Source: Albugo candida
Lineage: Eukaryota
Length of the DNA: 64,000 nt
Assembly: GCA_040437565.1 (NCBI GenBank)
Contig: JBDOQK010000064.1
Coordinates: 124,001-188,000, forward strand
Reading direction: 5' to 3'
The notes beneath the pieces were generated by a model. It saw only the letters and a program-made list of their open reading frames with translations. It was not told the origin of the DNA and searched no databases. Every line of letters starts with the position of its first letter. The stretch's first letter is position 1. Made by a program: the position numbers and the translations under genes. Shown here in pieces: positions 49,664-62,081 of this stretch.

Positions 49664-51679
49664 TCATCGAGAAGTATCGTTTGTTGAAGATGATTGGACA
49701 AAATTCTTCTGTATCCCTGTCGGCATAACGCGCGGCTGCTCTTTACTACTTTCGTCATTCCGATCGATTGGAGTGTTCTGATGGAGCGAATGACCATTTG
49801 TATTTGCGTATATTGTGGGGATACTTTGGTATTGTCCGTGAAAGTTATTGATCAGATCCTGCTGGTTCTTATAAATCGATGATAAGCTGATGGGATTCGT
49901 GGCCATGTATCCTGGTCGAATCGGCGGGTGAGGAGGCGCTGAAAGACCATTCTGATGGGGTATCTGCTGTGCTTGTAGAATATCTTTTTCTCTCTTCAGT
50001 TGAATTTTACGTTCTAGCTTTTTCCGTGACACATCATCCTGATGTTGCTTGAGCTTCTCATTCAATACGCTCAACACGTTTGCATAGCTCGTGAATCCCA
50101 AGTTTTTCATTCCATCGATCACGTCAGCCCCATTTATATTTACTCGGAGCTTATTCATCGCTGCATGTCCGGCTGCTTCACTTGTCAAGTAGAGGATGAA
50201 CTCTGTGACACATTCTTGCATCAGAGTAACAGCATCTGCATCAAAGTTGATTGATGATGTCTCCGTACAAGTTTTTAGCTTCTTTCTTGAGGGAGGGTTG
50301 TGTTCCTGTGTGTCATTTCTCGCGCCGGTGAGATCAAAGGCTCTTCGCATAATTTTGCTGATTGACTTTATTGGAAAATAAAACCGATCTTCTGCTTCTA
50401 CAGCGTACTTGCAGCTGCGAGACGACAGATCAACATCGTATAATTTTTCCATGTTTGGTGTTGATATACCGACAGTCGCAACGTTTCGATCCGGATGATG
50501 CTGATTCGGATACAAATTAGATGATGGTTTCCAGGTCGATAATGCTGTATTAGCGCTTTTCGATTTCTTGGGTTCCTCCTGTACATCACTTCTGATTGCT
50601 AAATGATGCGGCTTTTGCTGAAGAACAGGCGCATTTGGTTGTTGTGATAAGCTTTGATTCTGTTTTTTTGCAAGTTGCTGATTGATCTGCGTATTCTCTA
50701 TTGGCAGATCTCTTGTGATCAGATTCAGTGCCGATTTCGGAGCTGCCGTATTTGTGCAATCACTCAGCAATTTCGACTTGAGAGCTTCAAATGCGTGTCG
50801 TTTCGCCTCATTCAGATAAGTTAGAGACTGATTCAGCGGTTCCTTCCCAACTTTCGGGTCTATGTTTGCATGTCCAGCATGTTGCAAAATCAGGTATTTG
50901 AGTCTCCCCATCGCGTGTTCCCATTTAACATTCAACTCCTTGGACGAAATCTCACTGAAAATCTTCTGTTTCGTATGTAATAGCAGTTGAAATTCTCGCA
51001 GAGCCAGCTTGATTAGCGCGATATCAGAAGAGCGTTTGGACCAAATTGACATTCGATTGATTGCTTCATTCATATCCTCTCGTGTGCGCGCTAAAGCGAG
51101 TTGACAGCATACATGCGCTAAACTTTCGATTTCATTTTTTGAGTTGGGAAATTGAGTCAATAATTTCCACGATTTTGAAGCCTCCGAATCGAGTACCTGC
51201 TGAACCCGCACTTGCTTAGATTCCGATTGAAGTGCTTCTGATCGAAGCTTTGTATGACCATTCTCTTCTTGACACGTTTCATTCTTCAAGATTTGTGCTT
51301 TTTGAGCTGTGGTAGAAGTAATCCCGTGCTCGATGTTGGTAGCTCTCTTCTGGTCAATAGATGGGCTTCTTGTAGCAGCCTTTGAGAACCCAACTCGTGA
51401 ATCTTGATTTGAAATATGATTTTCATTGGATTGAGCATCAGAAATACCATCTGAATGGACCGATATGGACGGAGAAAAGGAGATTTGATGGGTATGGGAG
51501 GGCGAAGCTGAACCGCGATTGCATCTTTTTATGGGGTTGAAGGGTGTATTTGGTCTATCTACAGCATCAAGCAACACAGGTTGTATCGACGCATCGTTAT
51601 TGCTACTCTCTTCAAGCATGGAAGCGCGCGTATCGGTGCCATTTGTATCTTCGTTTTCCCTCCTTTTCTCTTTATCCAT
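49664..51679 (-). CDS. Protein with C-terminal NF-YB/Dr1-type histone-fold domain
   Basis: EDRFYFPIKSISKIMRRA..DAVTLMQECVTEFILYLTSEA..INGADVIDGMKNLGF; long low-complexity N-terminus. Confidence 0.82.
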   Translation of the reverse strand: MDKEKRRENEDTNGTDTRASMLEESSNNDASIQPVLLDAVDRPNTPFNPIKRCNRGSASPSHTHQISFSPSISVHSDGISDAQSNENHISNQDSRVGFSKAATRSPSIDQKRATNIEHGITSTTAQKAQILKNETCQEENGHTKLRSEALQSESKQVRVQQVLDSEASKSWKLLTQFPNSKNEIESLAHVCCQLALARTREDMNEAINRMSIWSKRSSDIALIKLALREFQLLLHTKQKIFSEISSKELNVKWEHAMGRLKYLILQHAGHANIDPKVGKEPLNQSLTYLNEAKRHAFEALKSKLLSDCTNTAAPKSALNLITRDLPIENTQINQQLAKKQNQSLSQQPNAPVLQQKPHHLAIRSDVQEEPKKSKSANTALSTWKPSSNLYPNQHHPDRNVATVGISTPNMEKLYDVDLSSRSCKYAVEAEDRFYFPIKSISKIMRRAFDLTGARNDTQEHNPPSRKKLKTCTETSSINFDADAVTLMQECVTEFILYLTSEAAGHAAMNKLRVNINGADVIDGMKNLGFTSYANVLSVLNEKLKQHQDDVSRKKLERKIQLKREKDILQAQQIPHQNGLSAPPHPPIRPGYMATNPISLSSIYKNQQDLINNFHGQYQSIPTIYANTNGHSLHQNTPIDRNDESSKEQPRVMPTGIQKNFVQSSSTNDTSR

Positions 51680-51859
51680 TGCAATGATTGCAGCGATGTA
51701 CCGTACCCAGCATATTAGAAGAGAATGCAGCTTGCCATTCGACAAACGCTCTGGCAAATTTCTAGCAAGTAAATATAGCTATTCTGATTGATTGATATTC
51801 TTAGCTCGGTTTCTGACTGGTTGAAATCCTAAAAAACACATGCTACCTTCCTGCATCGT

Positions 51860-52957
51860 TTATTTCCGATGGCGCTTCGAGTGACGCAGATACGAGTGAT
51901 GATGATATGTGTGCGCAGTATGATGAAAGTGAGTATCATGTGGATGCACTTGATACGGATCGGTGAGGTTACTTCTTTCTTCATCGACGGGTTTCAAAGC
52001 GTATAACGCATTATCAGTGTTGTAGTCGGCGGAAAGCATGTTATGTGGCCGTTTTTGCTTTGATTTGATGGTGACAGAGCAGCTCTTTTCTTCTTCTCGC
52101 TCAGAACTAGAGCTTCTACGATTTACAAAGCTTGTTCTCTTCTTTTCCTTTGCTTTTACCGCCGTGGTGCAAGACGTTACATCCACGCTTTGAAGTAACT
52201 CGTCGCTCTTTGAAGACCGTGCTTTATCATTATTCACGTCTGATTCTGTAAAGAGAGCATCGCTGTTCTCTATGCGTATAGAGTCCATATCCACAGAAGA
52301 TAAATTCAATACTGAACTCACTTTTTGCCTTTTTGCTGCAACTGAGTCGCCCATAATGTCGTTGCAAGCATTCACCATCTCATTTTGACAATGTTCCTTT
52401 CCATCAAAGTAGGATTCTTCTCTTCTTTCCTCCATTTTCCTCTTTTTAGAAAGTAATTCAGCTGAATGACAATTGTCGTACATCGTGGTCGTAGCTTCCT
52501 CGCTCCATCTTTTGTCCTTTTCTTGAGTCGTTGAAATCGAAACACTTCCAATTCTTTGACATAAAGTCATTGGAGATTGTAAATTTTCCTTTTTTTGCGT
52601 CTCTACTTCGCAACCATTTTTTGTATGGGGATCTACTTTCTTAATGTCATGACGAGACTGCATCTTACGAGTCAATTCCAATATCGCTTCCAGTGCATCC
52701 AGACCTTGTTTCCTCAATTGAGCAATTTCTTGCTTTACAATTAACGCGCGGCTCGCATCGTCTCGAGTCATTTGAAATTTAGCCATCACCCGTTCCACTT
52801 CCTGCGGTGACGGTTGAGATATAGAGCCAACAATACGATGTAGTAGTTGTCGAACTGCTACATCACGTTCTATTCCTTCTTGTAATAAAACTTCGAATTC
52901 CTTCTTCACAATCTCACGAAACGTGGCTTGTGCTGACATAACTTTACTGCTCTGCAT
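51860..52957 (-). CDS. Hypothetical protein (helical, possibly UBA-like N-terminus; charged tail; His-rich C-terminus)
   Basis: 365-codon ORF with PQEVERVMAKFQMTRDDASRAL, ending HHTAHTYHHHSYLRHSKRHRK. Confidence 0.65.
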   Translation of the reverse strand: MQSSKVMSAQATFREIVKKEFEVLLQEGIERDVAVRQLLHRIVGSISQPSPQEVERVMAKFQMTRDDASRALIVKQEIAQLRKQGLDALEAILELTRKMQSRHDIKKVDPHTKNGCEVETQKKENLQSPMTLCQRIGSVSISTTQEKDKRWSEEATTTMYDNCHSAELLSKKRKMEERREESYFDGKEHCQNEMVNACNDIMGDSVAAKRQKVSSVLNLSSVDMDSIRIENSDALFTESDVNNDKARSSKSDELLQSVDVTSCTTAVKAKEKKRTSFVNRRSSSSEREEEKSCSVTIKSKQKRPHNMLSADYNTDNALYALKPVDEERSNLTDPYQVHPHDTHFHHTAHTYHHHSYLRHSKRHRK

Positions 52958-53539
52958 CTTCAAATTATAACTTTAAAATGCGTGATATCCAAAAATCTCG
53001 CAAGCTTTTCTGATCTTCTAATACCGTAATTTGACAAATAATCCGATGACGATTGAAGAGTAGAGTGAATTTCGGTCCGTTTTCGTATAACAAATGTCGC
53101 AACTTCTTCGGGTACGTGTTTCTGGAAGTGACAATAAAAGACTTTACTCTCTTCTCTGATGAATGCTGTAAATATAAATCAATTTACAGCAGGTGGATGC
53201 TCCAGTTGCGGAATCTTTGCTTCGATAAAGAGGCTTTCTTCGAATACTAAAACGTTTTTACAATTATTTTGTTGAACGCGGTAACACGACATAAGATAGG
53301 GTGTTTAGTCCACACTACATTCATCAAATATCCTAGCTTTATGTATGCAGCACAAATGTGTCAAGNNNNNNNNNNNNNNNNNNNNNNNNNNNNNNNNNNN
53401 NNNNNNNNNNNNNNNNNNNNNNNNNNNNNNNNNNNNNNNNNNNNNNNNNNNNNNNNNNNNNNNNNGTATGCAGCACAAATGTGTCAAGGTGATCTTCTAG
53501 ACGACCAGAGCCCTTTGAAGCAGACTTCCTATAATAAGA

Positions 53540-54104
53540 ATGGTGAATCGTGCAGGTTTGAATTCCCAACAGCCTGAAAAGAAAGTATACGAACGACCAG
53601 GAATCACGCAAGATGAAATTGAAGAGATCCGAGAAGCATTCAATCTTTTCGACACGGACGGAAGCGGTACCATAGATCCGAAAGAACTAAAATCCGCCAT
53701 GCAATCGCTGGGATTTGAAGCAAAAAATCAGATTATTTATCAGATGGTTGCAGATATTGATAAAGATGGCTCAGGCAATATCGATTTTGATGAGTTTCTG
53801 GATATGATGACTGCGAAAATGGTAAGAGAAAGACCATCGGAATAGTGCTCAGATTGATGAGACAGTGTTATTTCAGAGTGACAAAAACACACGAGAAGAT
53901 ATACAAAAAGTTTTCACGCTGTTCGATGATGATCAAACTGGGAAAATTACATTGCGGAACTTGAAGCGTGTCGCAAGAGAACTTGGAGAAACAATGTCGG
54001 ATGCGGAATTACTGGAAATGATTGAACGCGCAGATACTGATCAAGATGGGGAAATTAAGCCCGATGAGTTTTATGCTATCATGACAAGACAAACATTCAC
54101 ATGA
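53540..54104 (+). CDS. Centrin (caltractin), 4 EF-hands, one intron 53822-53876
   Basis: [82 protein letters not shown]; intron GTAAGA...TTTCAG. Confidence 0.95.
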
Positions 54105-56583
54105 GTGCTAGAAACATGATCTATGACGACACAGTGTCGATACAGATAACCTCAGATAATGTGCATATAATCAAGTACTAGTACAGGACTATGTAATTGT
54201 GAAATATCAGTTATCAATCACAAGGAGTACATATCAATGCAGAAAAGTTTCGCTCACTATGATGTTCAATCAACGCGGCTGCGGTAGTACCCGATTTGAA
54301 CACGTACGAAACAACAAGAGCCGCAGCTCTATGCAGATGATTATTTCGCACGCTAAATTCGTCCTAGATTCGATCATAACCTCGAGTATGATTTTGATCA
54401 GGTTGACGAGCTCTAAGGAAAGGCGTAGAGGCGCGTTCTAAGCAACTTACCGCGAAGTGATCGAGATTTTTCGAGGAAGATCGTTGGGCGCTACCGCCTA
54501 AAAGACTGTGGACTAGCAAATGACTCAACAATAACTTGTGTAGGGATATAACCTTGCTAAATTCATCCAAGTATAGATTTTGAATGAAGGGATTTCTTCA
54601 ACCCCGCATAAACATTGACGCAGTGCTCGAAGCGCTTAAAACAAATCGTGATAAGTATCTACTTGAGGTGGATAAGTTAAAAGTCAAATCTTCTTCCGTA
54701 TCCTTCCTTTCATTATCGAGATAACACTTTCTGATGTATTGCTCTCATTTGTCTGCTTGAATGCTATATGCCGATTTTGTTCTTGTTTCCTGTCAGGCCC
54801 TCGTATAAAATCATCCGATAATGGTTGAAGATTCGACCATTCAACAGTGGCTTCAAATGTATAAGATACACTACCACGTGTGGATAGATATGAACCTGGC
54901 TTTCCCTCGTATCGCATCCACTTGCAAGCCGTAATGCGAATAATATATCAATACTGCGGAATGTCGATCGTGGCTGTATTGCCAACAAAAGGCTTGGCGA
55001 GGTTCTTGCTTGACAAATCTCAAGTTCATAGTCTTGATTGATTAGAATTGTGTGTGTTAGCCCACCTGACATTCCCGTAGTGATGATCCGACACTTGCAA
55101 ATAAACTTTGTATCAAATCATTGGTACAATGTCACATTCGGCTAGGCACAGAGGCACATCTGGATGCTACAAGCACGTTGATTTGTATCGAGCCCTTACT
55201 GTCATATCAACGTTTTGCAGCTGCNNNNNNNNNNNNNNNNNNNNNNNNNNNNNNNNNNNNNNNNNNNNNNNNNNNNNNNNNNNNNNNNNNNNNNNNNNNN
55301 NNNNNNNNNNNNNNNNNNNNNNNNGTATCGCATCCACTTGCAAGCCGTAATGCGAATAATATATCAATACTGCGGAATGTCGATCGTGGCTGTATTGCCA
55401 ACAAAAGGCTTGGCGAGGTTCTTGCTTGACAAATCTCAAGTTCATAGTCTTGATTGATTAGAATTGTGTGTGTTAGCCCACCTGACATTCCCGTAGTGAT
55501 GATCCGACACTTGCAAATAAACTTTGTATCAAATCATTGGTACAATGTCACATTCGGCTAGGCACAGAGGCACATCTGGATGCTACAAGCACGTTGATTT
55601 GTATCGAGCCCTTACTGTCATATCAACGTTTTGCAGCTGCCGTCGATAACAAGCTCAGAGAGAACGCCTAAGATTAGGATCACACGAGTTGAAGTATTGG
55701 CATTTAGGGGCTGATTGATTAGCATAAGATTTGGAAAAGGACGAACACTGAGTTGACGTGTGCGACGTGGTCATTTTGCGATAGTCTTTTAGCGCCGTAC
55801 TTGATGTCAAAATTGTCCTGAATGGTACCTCATCCGATTGAATAGATCGCTCTGCGACTATAAGACGAGAACGCTACATACGATGTTAATATTAGTTCAA
55901 TTCATATGTAGATGTCCTTGAGTTCACAGGAGTTCAGTCAAACTTTTGCTTCATATCGCAATGTGTGAACGCCAATACTTATTGAGTTACAAGCTTGAAT
56001 TGATGGTATCGACGGAAAACTCCATGTCAGCGATATGAACAACTTGGTATATCTATTCAAGCTTCCGAGCTATTTTTGAAATGACTTACGACCAAAGTCT
56101 ATAATTTTAATAATATGTATCTGATCCAAGTTCTTCAATTTTCGCTGACAATCGTTCTTTTCATTGTCTACATTCTGCATGCTAATGCAACTAAACCGCC
56201 ACAATCTTCACGAATTGCTGATTTCTTATACGAAACTTTCAATCAATCTCATATGAAATGTTGTTCTGTTGAAAGGTTGACTCTCTTAATCTCAATGATT
56301 TTCAGATCCATTTACTACGATACCAACTGCAACCGAATTGTAATGCAGCATGTCCAGCGCCTCTATATCGCATGTATTGACAAAACAGGATGAACTTCCT
56401 ACACCTATCTATCTATGATTACTGCTAGGATAACCCAGCGCCTTCAAAATACCATTTCTTGTCACAATCACAATCTAACAGTTTCGTCTACTGAGTCATT
56501 ACATCAGTAAAATCACCAAAGCTTCGTGTGTCCTCGATGTCTCACAACCTCACATAGGCAAATTTGAAAAACGAGTTACTTCT

Positions 56584-58479
56584 TTATCCTTTTTGCAGTG
56601 ATTCGCTCTTGTCACTAATCTCTAAGTCTTGGAGCATGTCCGCGTATAGTTTTCCAGTATAGTCTGTTGCAAGCGTTGTCCATATTGAGTCCATTATAGT
56701 CGCGGCTTTCTTGGCTTCCTGCGCTTCGTCATTCTGATTATTGTTGCCCCTAGGAGACGCAAGGATGTTTCTAATAATGTTTCTCCGCTCCGCTTTATAC
56801 TTGATATGTGCCATTGAAGCGGTTCCGGATGTCACATTGCAGATTTGATAGACCTCTTCACAGACAGAACTGACGAATGCTTTCATGGACTCAAGTTCTT
56901 GTTGGGAGTTTTGATTTGAATTTGATCGAGAGACACTATTTCTCGAACATGTTGGATGGTTGATGTGATTACTGTCAGTCCTTGACCGAATATTGGACCA
57001 ATCTAATTTCCGTGAGACAACTTGTTGATTTTTTCGCCTCAAGAACGGCTTTACATTCTGCACTGAAGCAATCTGCTTTGGCTGAGAACGTGTACGTGAC
57101 GACATAACGCTCGATGATTTCGTTTTCTCTTTCTTTCGTGATTTCCTCAAGAGCTTACTTGGCGCTCCAGATGCAAGACCGGGGCTCGAAACTGATTTTT
57201 CTGGCGCAACCTCTATTTGACGATTACAATCCGTCGCTTCTTCACTATCGGATTGAGATTCACCCGATTGAGACGATGGAGGAGAGAATACTTGCATGCG
57301 AGATCGAGCACTTCTTCGACTATCGTTGCGAATGCTCAAATTTGTAGCATTGAAACGCTGTTTTTGCATCGATTTTTCGCATTGTTGAAATTTACAATCG
57401 GTCTGCTGAATACAATTGTCATCTGATGATCCGCTGACTAAAGGCACTACCTCAACCATTCCAATTCCCTGAATGGGATCCCTTACGAGACGTTGGCTCT
57501 CCTCTTCCATCGATATGACTGATAAACCCAGCTGTATCTCACCCTGTAAATCAGTAGGAGAAACGATGTGAAACGAAAACCACCGACAAATTGACTGAGC
57601 TTCTACAACTTCAGCTGTATCAATTGAAATATCAAGTTGCCCGATCAGGTTACTGGAAGCAGACGTAAGATGAGATGGTCGTAGATATAAAGCGACATTG
57701 ATATTTTGTTTCTTTGACTTTGATTGAAATTCATCCAGCCTGAGTTCAATGTTCGAAGAAAGGGTCCACGGTAATTGGTTCCTCATAGCGATTTTGGTCG
57801 TCTCCAATACTTTAGACTCTTTCAGTGAGATGATATTTCCCGCTTCGTCCAGTATCTGTAATCTCAGCTGAAGAGTGATCACGCCATCATCAAAGCAAGA
57901 TGAGGTGATGTTACGTGTCGATAAAACGCTTACATGGAGCTCATGTAAAAAGCATTTCGTGATGCCTCGGTCAAAGGGATTCATGCAGGCTGAAATTTCT
58001 GTGCTTTCAACCACCTTGTAGTTTTCATCTTCATGATCGCACTTGGGTACTTTGTTGACAATTTTTTCAATTGCGTAAGAGGATGGCTGGTGTGAAGAAT
58101 CATAAAAAGAGACGGACGTCGTGTTTGTTGAACGGCAGCAAGCTTTTGCTCGCTTTAAGTACATCTGAACACGACTGGTCATTATGTCTATCCGGTTTTT
58201 TCGATATGGCCTTACGCTCTGACATTTATTCCTATGTGTACACGATGAGAAGAAAAGATCGGATGCTTCCTGGGCCCCCTTTACAGCGTTGTAGAAAAAT
58301 GCTTTTGGGGCCGGTGGTGCTTGTACTACGTCGTTGGAAGCAGCGACGAGTTTTTGCAAGGTATCTGCAAGATCTCTTTCTACTTGATCTGGACCATCTG
58401 AATCGACAAAATCTTTCCAGACTAGGTGCTTGACTTCGGAAAATGTTTCCGAGGTATCGAGTAATGATGAGATCTTCAT
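56584..58479 (-). CDS. Hypothetical protein with central C2-like domain
   Basis: 631-aa ORF; ELHVSVLSTRNI..NLIGQLDISI..CRWFSF..GEIQLGL resembles a C2 domain; C-terminal KPFLRRK and LDWSNIRSRTDS. Confidence 0.65.
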   Translation of the reverse strand: MKISSLLDTSETFSEVKHLVWKDFVDSDGPDQVERDLADTLQKLVAASNDVVQAPPAPKAFFYNAVKGAQEASDLFFSSCTHRNKCQSVRPYRKNRIDIMTSRVQMYLKRAKACCRSTNTTSVSFYDSSHQPSSYAIEKIVNKVPKCDHEDENYKVVESTEISACMNPFDRGITKCFLHELHVSVLSTRNITSSCFDDGVITLQLRLQILDEAGNIISLKESKVLETTKIAMRNQLPWTLSSNIELRLDEFQSKSKKQNINVALYLRPSHLTSASSNLIGQLDISIDTAEVVEAQSICRWFSFHIVSPTDLQGEIQLGLSVISMEEESQRLVRDPIQGIGMVEVVPLVSGSSDDNCIQQTDCKFQQCEKSMQKQRFNATNLSIRNDSRRSARSRMQVFSPPSSQSGESQSDSEEATDCNRQIEVAPEKSVSSPGLASGAPSKLLRKSRKKEKTKSSSVMSSRTRSQPKQIASVQNVKPFLRRKNQQVVSRKLDWSNIRSRTDSNHINHPTCSRNSVSRSNSNQNSQQELESMKAFVSSVCEEVYQICNVTSGTASMAHIKYKAERRNIIRNILASPRGNNNQNDEAQEAKKAATIMDSIWTTLATDYTGKLYADMLQDLEISDKSESLQKG

Positions 58480-60193
58480 GGATGAACCAGAAAACCCTCT
58501 TACCAGCAGAGCACCAATCTATTTTAATACCCTATCAGAAAAAGTTTGTGTCTCAGACAGCAACATGTATGCGTCGATGTTATCAGGAATGGTTCCAAAT
58601 CATTGACTTCTTGACACTGCAAAGATGTTTTGATTACGTAGATATGTGCTGTGCTGAGATATTTTTTATTAGATAGTATTCTGAAATAGATGCACAAAGA
58701 GTGATTGATACCTGGCCGGCATTCATATGTATACTATAATTCGTACATGTTGCGCACAATACCATCTTCATCAAAATGAGATATCAATTCGGCATATTAG
58801 ACGTCAATTTGAGATAAGATGTCAACTATCAAGCAGCTTGGAATCCAGCATTCATCTCGGAAGCCTCTATTGATATCAAATCTGATGCAACGTCGACAGT
58901 ATCTCAGATAAAATATTAAATTGACTGAAGTTTCACAGGAGGCACATTCTATGATTTCTACATGTCGCTGTGACAGCGGAATCGGCTCTGAGGAAAGATA
59001 AGGGGGAATTGCGATCAGTATAGGACCCTATGTACCCTACTACGCACCCTATAGGGGCTTTGAAAAAAAGTCAAATATTGCGTAGTAGAGTGAGGTGCAT
59101 ACGATCTTATTTGCATACCGGATAGAGAGGATAGAAAGACCGTCATGGTGCCGAGTGTATAAAAAAGCTTACCAAAGATAGTAGGCATCAATGCGTTGCC
59201 CGGCTGCAAGCAAAGATATTATTCATACATTATTACGCTTGCTTGATGGAGCCATTGTGGTGCCTGTGCTATGAGAATGCCTTACACTTTACATTTTGAA
59301 ACTCCATTCTCCCTACGGTTCGGCGGCACATCTTTATACTGACGAACCTCCTATCAAAAACATTACATCGTGAGAGAAATAGTTGAGGAAAACACCCGGT
59401 CTGGTGCTCAATCAAATCAGATATCAGTACATGTGTTCCAACATCATGCGCTATCTGTCTCGAGTCTTTTATGTATGACACTTTGACAGGAGTCACACAA
59501 GCAAATGCTGATCGCTTAGCATTAATACCATAGCGCAATCGATTTTGACTATTGCTCTGATGTAATTCGTTATTAGTCAAGTCATACATGATTCTCAAAG
59601 TCCAGATAGAAACTTGTGTCGACTGCTAATTGATCACTATATTCCAGACATCTGATCAAAGAAGGGACGGCAGGCGAGAGAAGCACAGCAGTGTCAACCA
59701 TTGTATAAGAATCGCGGCATAAAGCCAAAGAAACGCTCAACGATGCAGCCTGATTTGGTCCATGATAAACAATAGGTCCAAACAATAAATTTCCCTGAAG
59801 GCTTTGTTGAAAAGTTTCGATGGTTGAATGCTTTAAAACGAACAACGTGGACTAGCATCAGTTACTACGTGATGTGAAGTCCTTTCCAAACCAAGAATAT
59901 TGCACGAGCTGAATTACAACGACAAAGAGCTTTCCACATATACACGTATCAAATCATTGGCCCAAGTACATCCATGAACGTGTTCAGATCCTTGAATCAC
60001 ATCAGTATGACTACGTCTATTTCCACGTCATCAGTATCAGATTTCTATAATAGATACTTATAACCGGAAAACGCATTCTGCAGATAATGGACTTTTAGGG
60101 TCGATGGCTCGTGTCATGAAAGTGTCTTTTTTGGTCGTACGAAATGTGGACAACAGCTTGAGCATTTGTGTATGCCATTTTTCACTCAAGTAG

Positions 60194-61798
60194 AAAGATC
60201 AAGCAATCAAACAATGGATTATACAGTACCGCCTTACTACCAGCCTCATTCTCACGTATGACTATATAGACGATCAACTTAATCTGTTCGCTAAAAGTAT
60301 TTACCCTGACGATGATTTTGTCAAGTTTACCCATCGAGTACCGGTTTCGTTTATCGCAGAATACTTGTTTGTTACTCGCAATTCTCAAGGCGTTATCTCG
60401 AGCTACGATATGTCTCTAGCCAGCATGAGGTCTCTCGGGTCAAGATATGAAAAAGTACAATTGATAGAGAAGAGAATTCAACCCGAGATATCTACTAAAA
60501 GCACTCGATTCTTACAAGCAACAAATGCTGAGAAAATACTCTTACGGACATATCAACAAGTCATATACATGGCCAAAATGCAAATTGCCGACAGCAGCTT
60601 TGTGGTCATGGTTGATACTGGCTCTTCAGACCTATGGGTGTCATGTTCTTTTGTCAAGAACAGTGGATGTTCTCGCACATGTCCGAAAAACAACATTGTA
60701 ATTCGGTACGGCTCAGGTGATGTGTGTGTTGTTCCCAAATCTGCGAGGATTAAATTGGGAAGCTTAGAGATCGATGAGTATACTTTTGGCATTGCTCACG
60801 GATCTAATGTGCTTGATACGGGGAACATAAGAAGCAAATTACTTGTTGGGGACTCTCAAGGTTTACTAGGACTTGCGTATGGCTCTATATCATCGTACCA
60901 AAGCAGAGCTGGACAACTCATCGATTACCTTACATCTTTCTCGATCTTTCTCGGTCAGGAACACAATAATGAATCATTTTTACTTTTGAACGGCGTTGAT
61001 ACTGCATTGATTGAGCAGCAGCGTTGGCAACCATACGTCATCAACCTCAAACGATCAGCTCACTGGACAATAGGAATGACGGGATTCAGAGTTGGAAAAG
61101 AAAAGTCGATATTTCCATGCGCCGATGATATACCGTTTTCTGGATCATCATCATCATGTGACACCATTGTTGATACAGGCACGTCCCTTATATACATGCC
61201 GAATCTTGTGTACGAGGGGTTTACACGAAATTATCTGAAGCCGATAGGATGCGTGTTAGATGACACATCCTCGACATATATTTGCCCTTCATCGAAAGAG
61301 CTTCCACGTCTCGAATTTACTTTCGATAATGCGTCTTTCACTTTGTCGGCTAGTGAGTATAGTTTACCAGCATCACCTTCACATGTCTATATCGAGATAC
61401 AACCGATCTCAACTTCTATGATCACAGTATCTCCTTTGGATAATAGCTGGATTATTGGGGCCACATTTCTGAGAAAGTATTATTCCTCATATGAAGTTAA
61501 TAGATCAGTGACATTTTATTGTGAGGCAGGACAATGTGGGAGCAATAATACGATATCAACACCAGCTTTCGGATATCCCACTTCAGGCAGTGATTTGCTT
61601 CCCAACACGGGGGCTCTCATGTCACCGGCAACGGTGATGAGAACACTTTATATACTATTGGTAATCTTGGGAGTCGTTGGGATCTTCTCTGTGATACTTT
61701 CATGTCTGCGACGTTGTTCATATAAGCGACGTCCGCTTGGTACTAATGGTGAATATGGTGCGAATTACAATGCTGGCTTCACACCCCGACGCATCTGA
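60194..61798 (+). CDS. Aspartic protease (A1 pepsin family) with C-terminal transmembrane helix; 5' end uncertain
   Basis: VMVDTGSSDLWV, YGSG flap, GLLGLAY, IVDTGTSLI, WIIGATFLRKYY and TM segment LYILLVILGVVGIFSVIL. The frame is open from 60194 with the first ATG at 60409, so an upstream exon is likely. Confidence 0.9.
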   Translation, partial: KDQAIKQWIIQYRLTTSLILTYDYIDDQLNLFAKSIYPDDDFVKFTHRVPVSFIAEYLFVTRNSQGVISSYDMSLASMRSLGSRYEKVQLIEKRIQPEISTKSTRFLQATNAEKILLRTYQQVIYMAKMQIADSSFVVMVDTGSSDLWVSCSFVKNSGCSRTCPKNNIVIRYGSGDVCVVPKSARIKLGSLEIDEYTFGIAHGSNVLDTGNIRSKLLVGDSQGLLGLAYGSISSYQSRAGQLIDYLTSFSIFLGQEHNNESFLLLNGVDTALIEQQRWQPYVINLKRSAHWTIGMTGFRVGKEKSIFPCADDIPFSGSSSSCDTIVDTGTSLIYMPNLVYEGFTRNYLKPIGCVLDDTSSTYICPSSKELPRLEFTFDNASFTLSASEYSLPASPSHVYIEIQPISTSMITVSPLDNSWIIGATFLRKYYSSYEVNRSVTFYCEAGQCGSNNTISTPAFGYPTSGSDLLPNTGALMSPATVMRTLYILLVILGVVGIFSVILSCLRRCSYKRRPLGTNGEYGANYNAGFTPRRI

Positions 61799-62081
61799 TG
61801 ATAATATCTGAGGAACTAAACCGCAAGTCGTGCACACTGAGTGAAAAGAACGAACTGGTGTTGCATGTGGTTGAATAAAGAAATCATATTGCTGATTAGT
61901 CTACCGCAAGGTTGCGAGTCAAAAATGCAATCTGGTAACAAGGAGTGGTACAGACGTCACGACAAGTAACAAGTGTCTTCTCGTGCCCTTTAGATGGATA
62001 CATTGCGTTTCTCAACACTTAGACGGGTGGCTGGCGATGAGCAAAAAGCAACAGAAAATCGCTTGTTAAGGGCATCTGACC

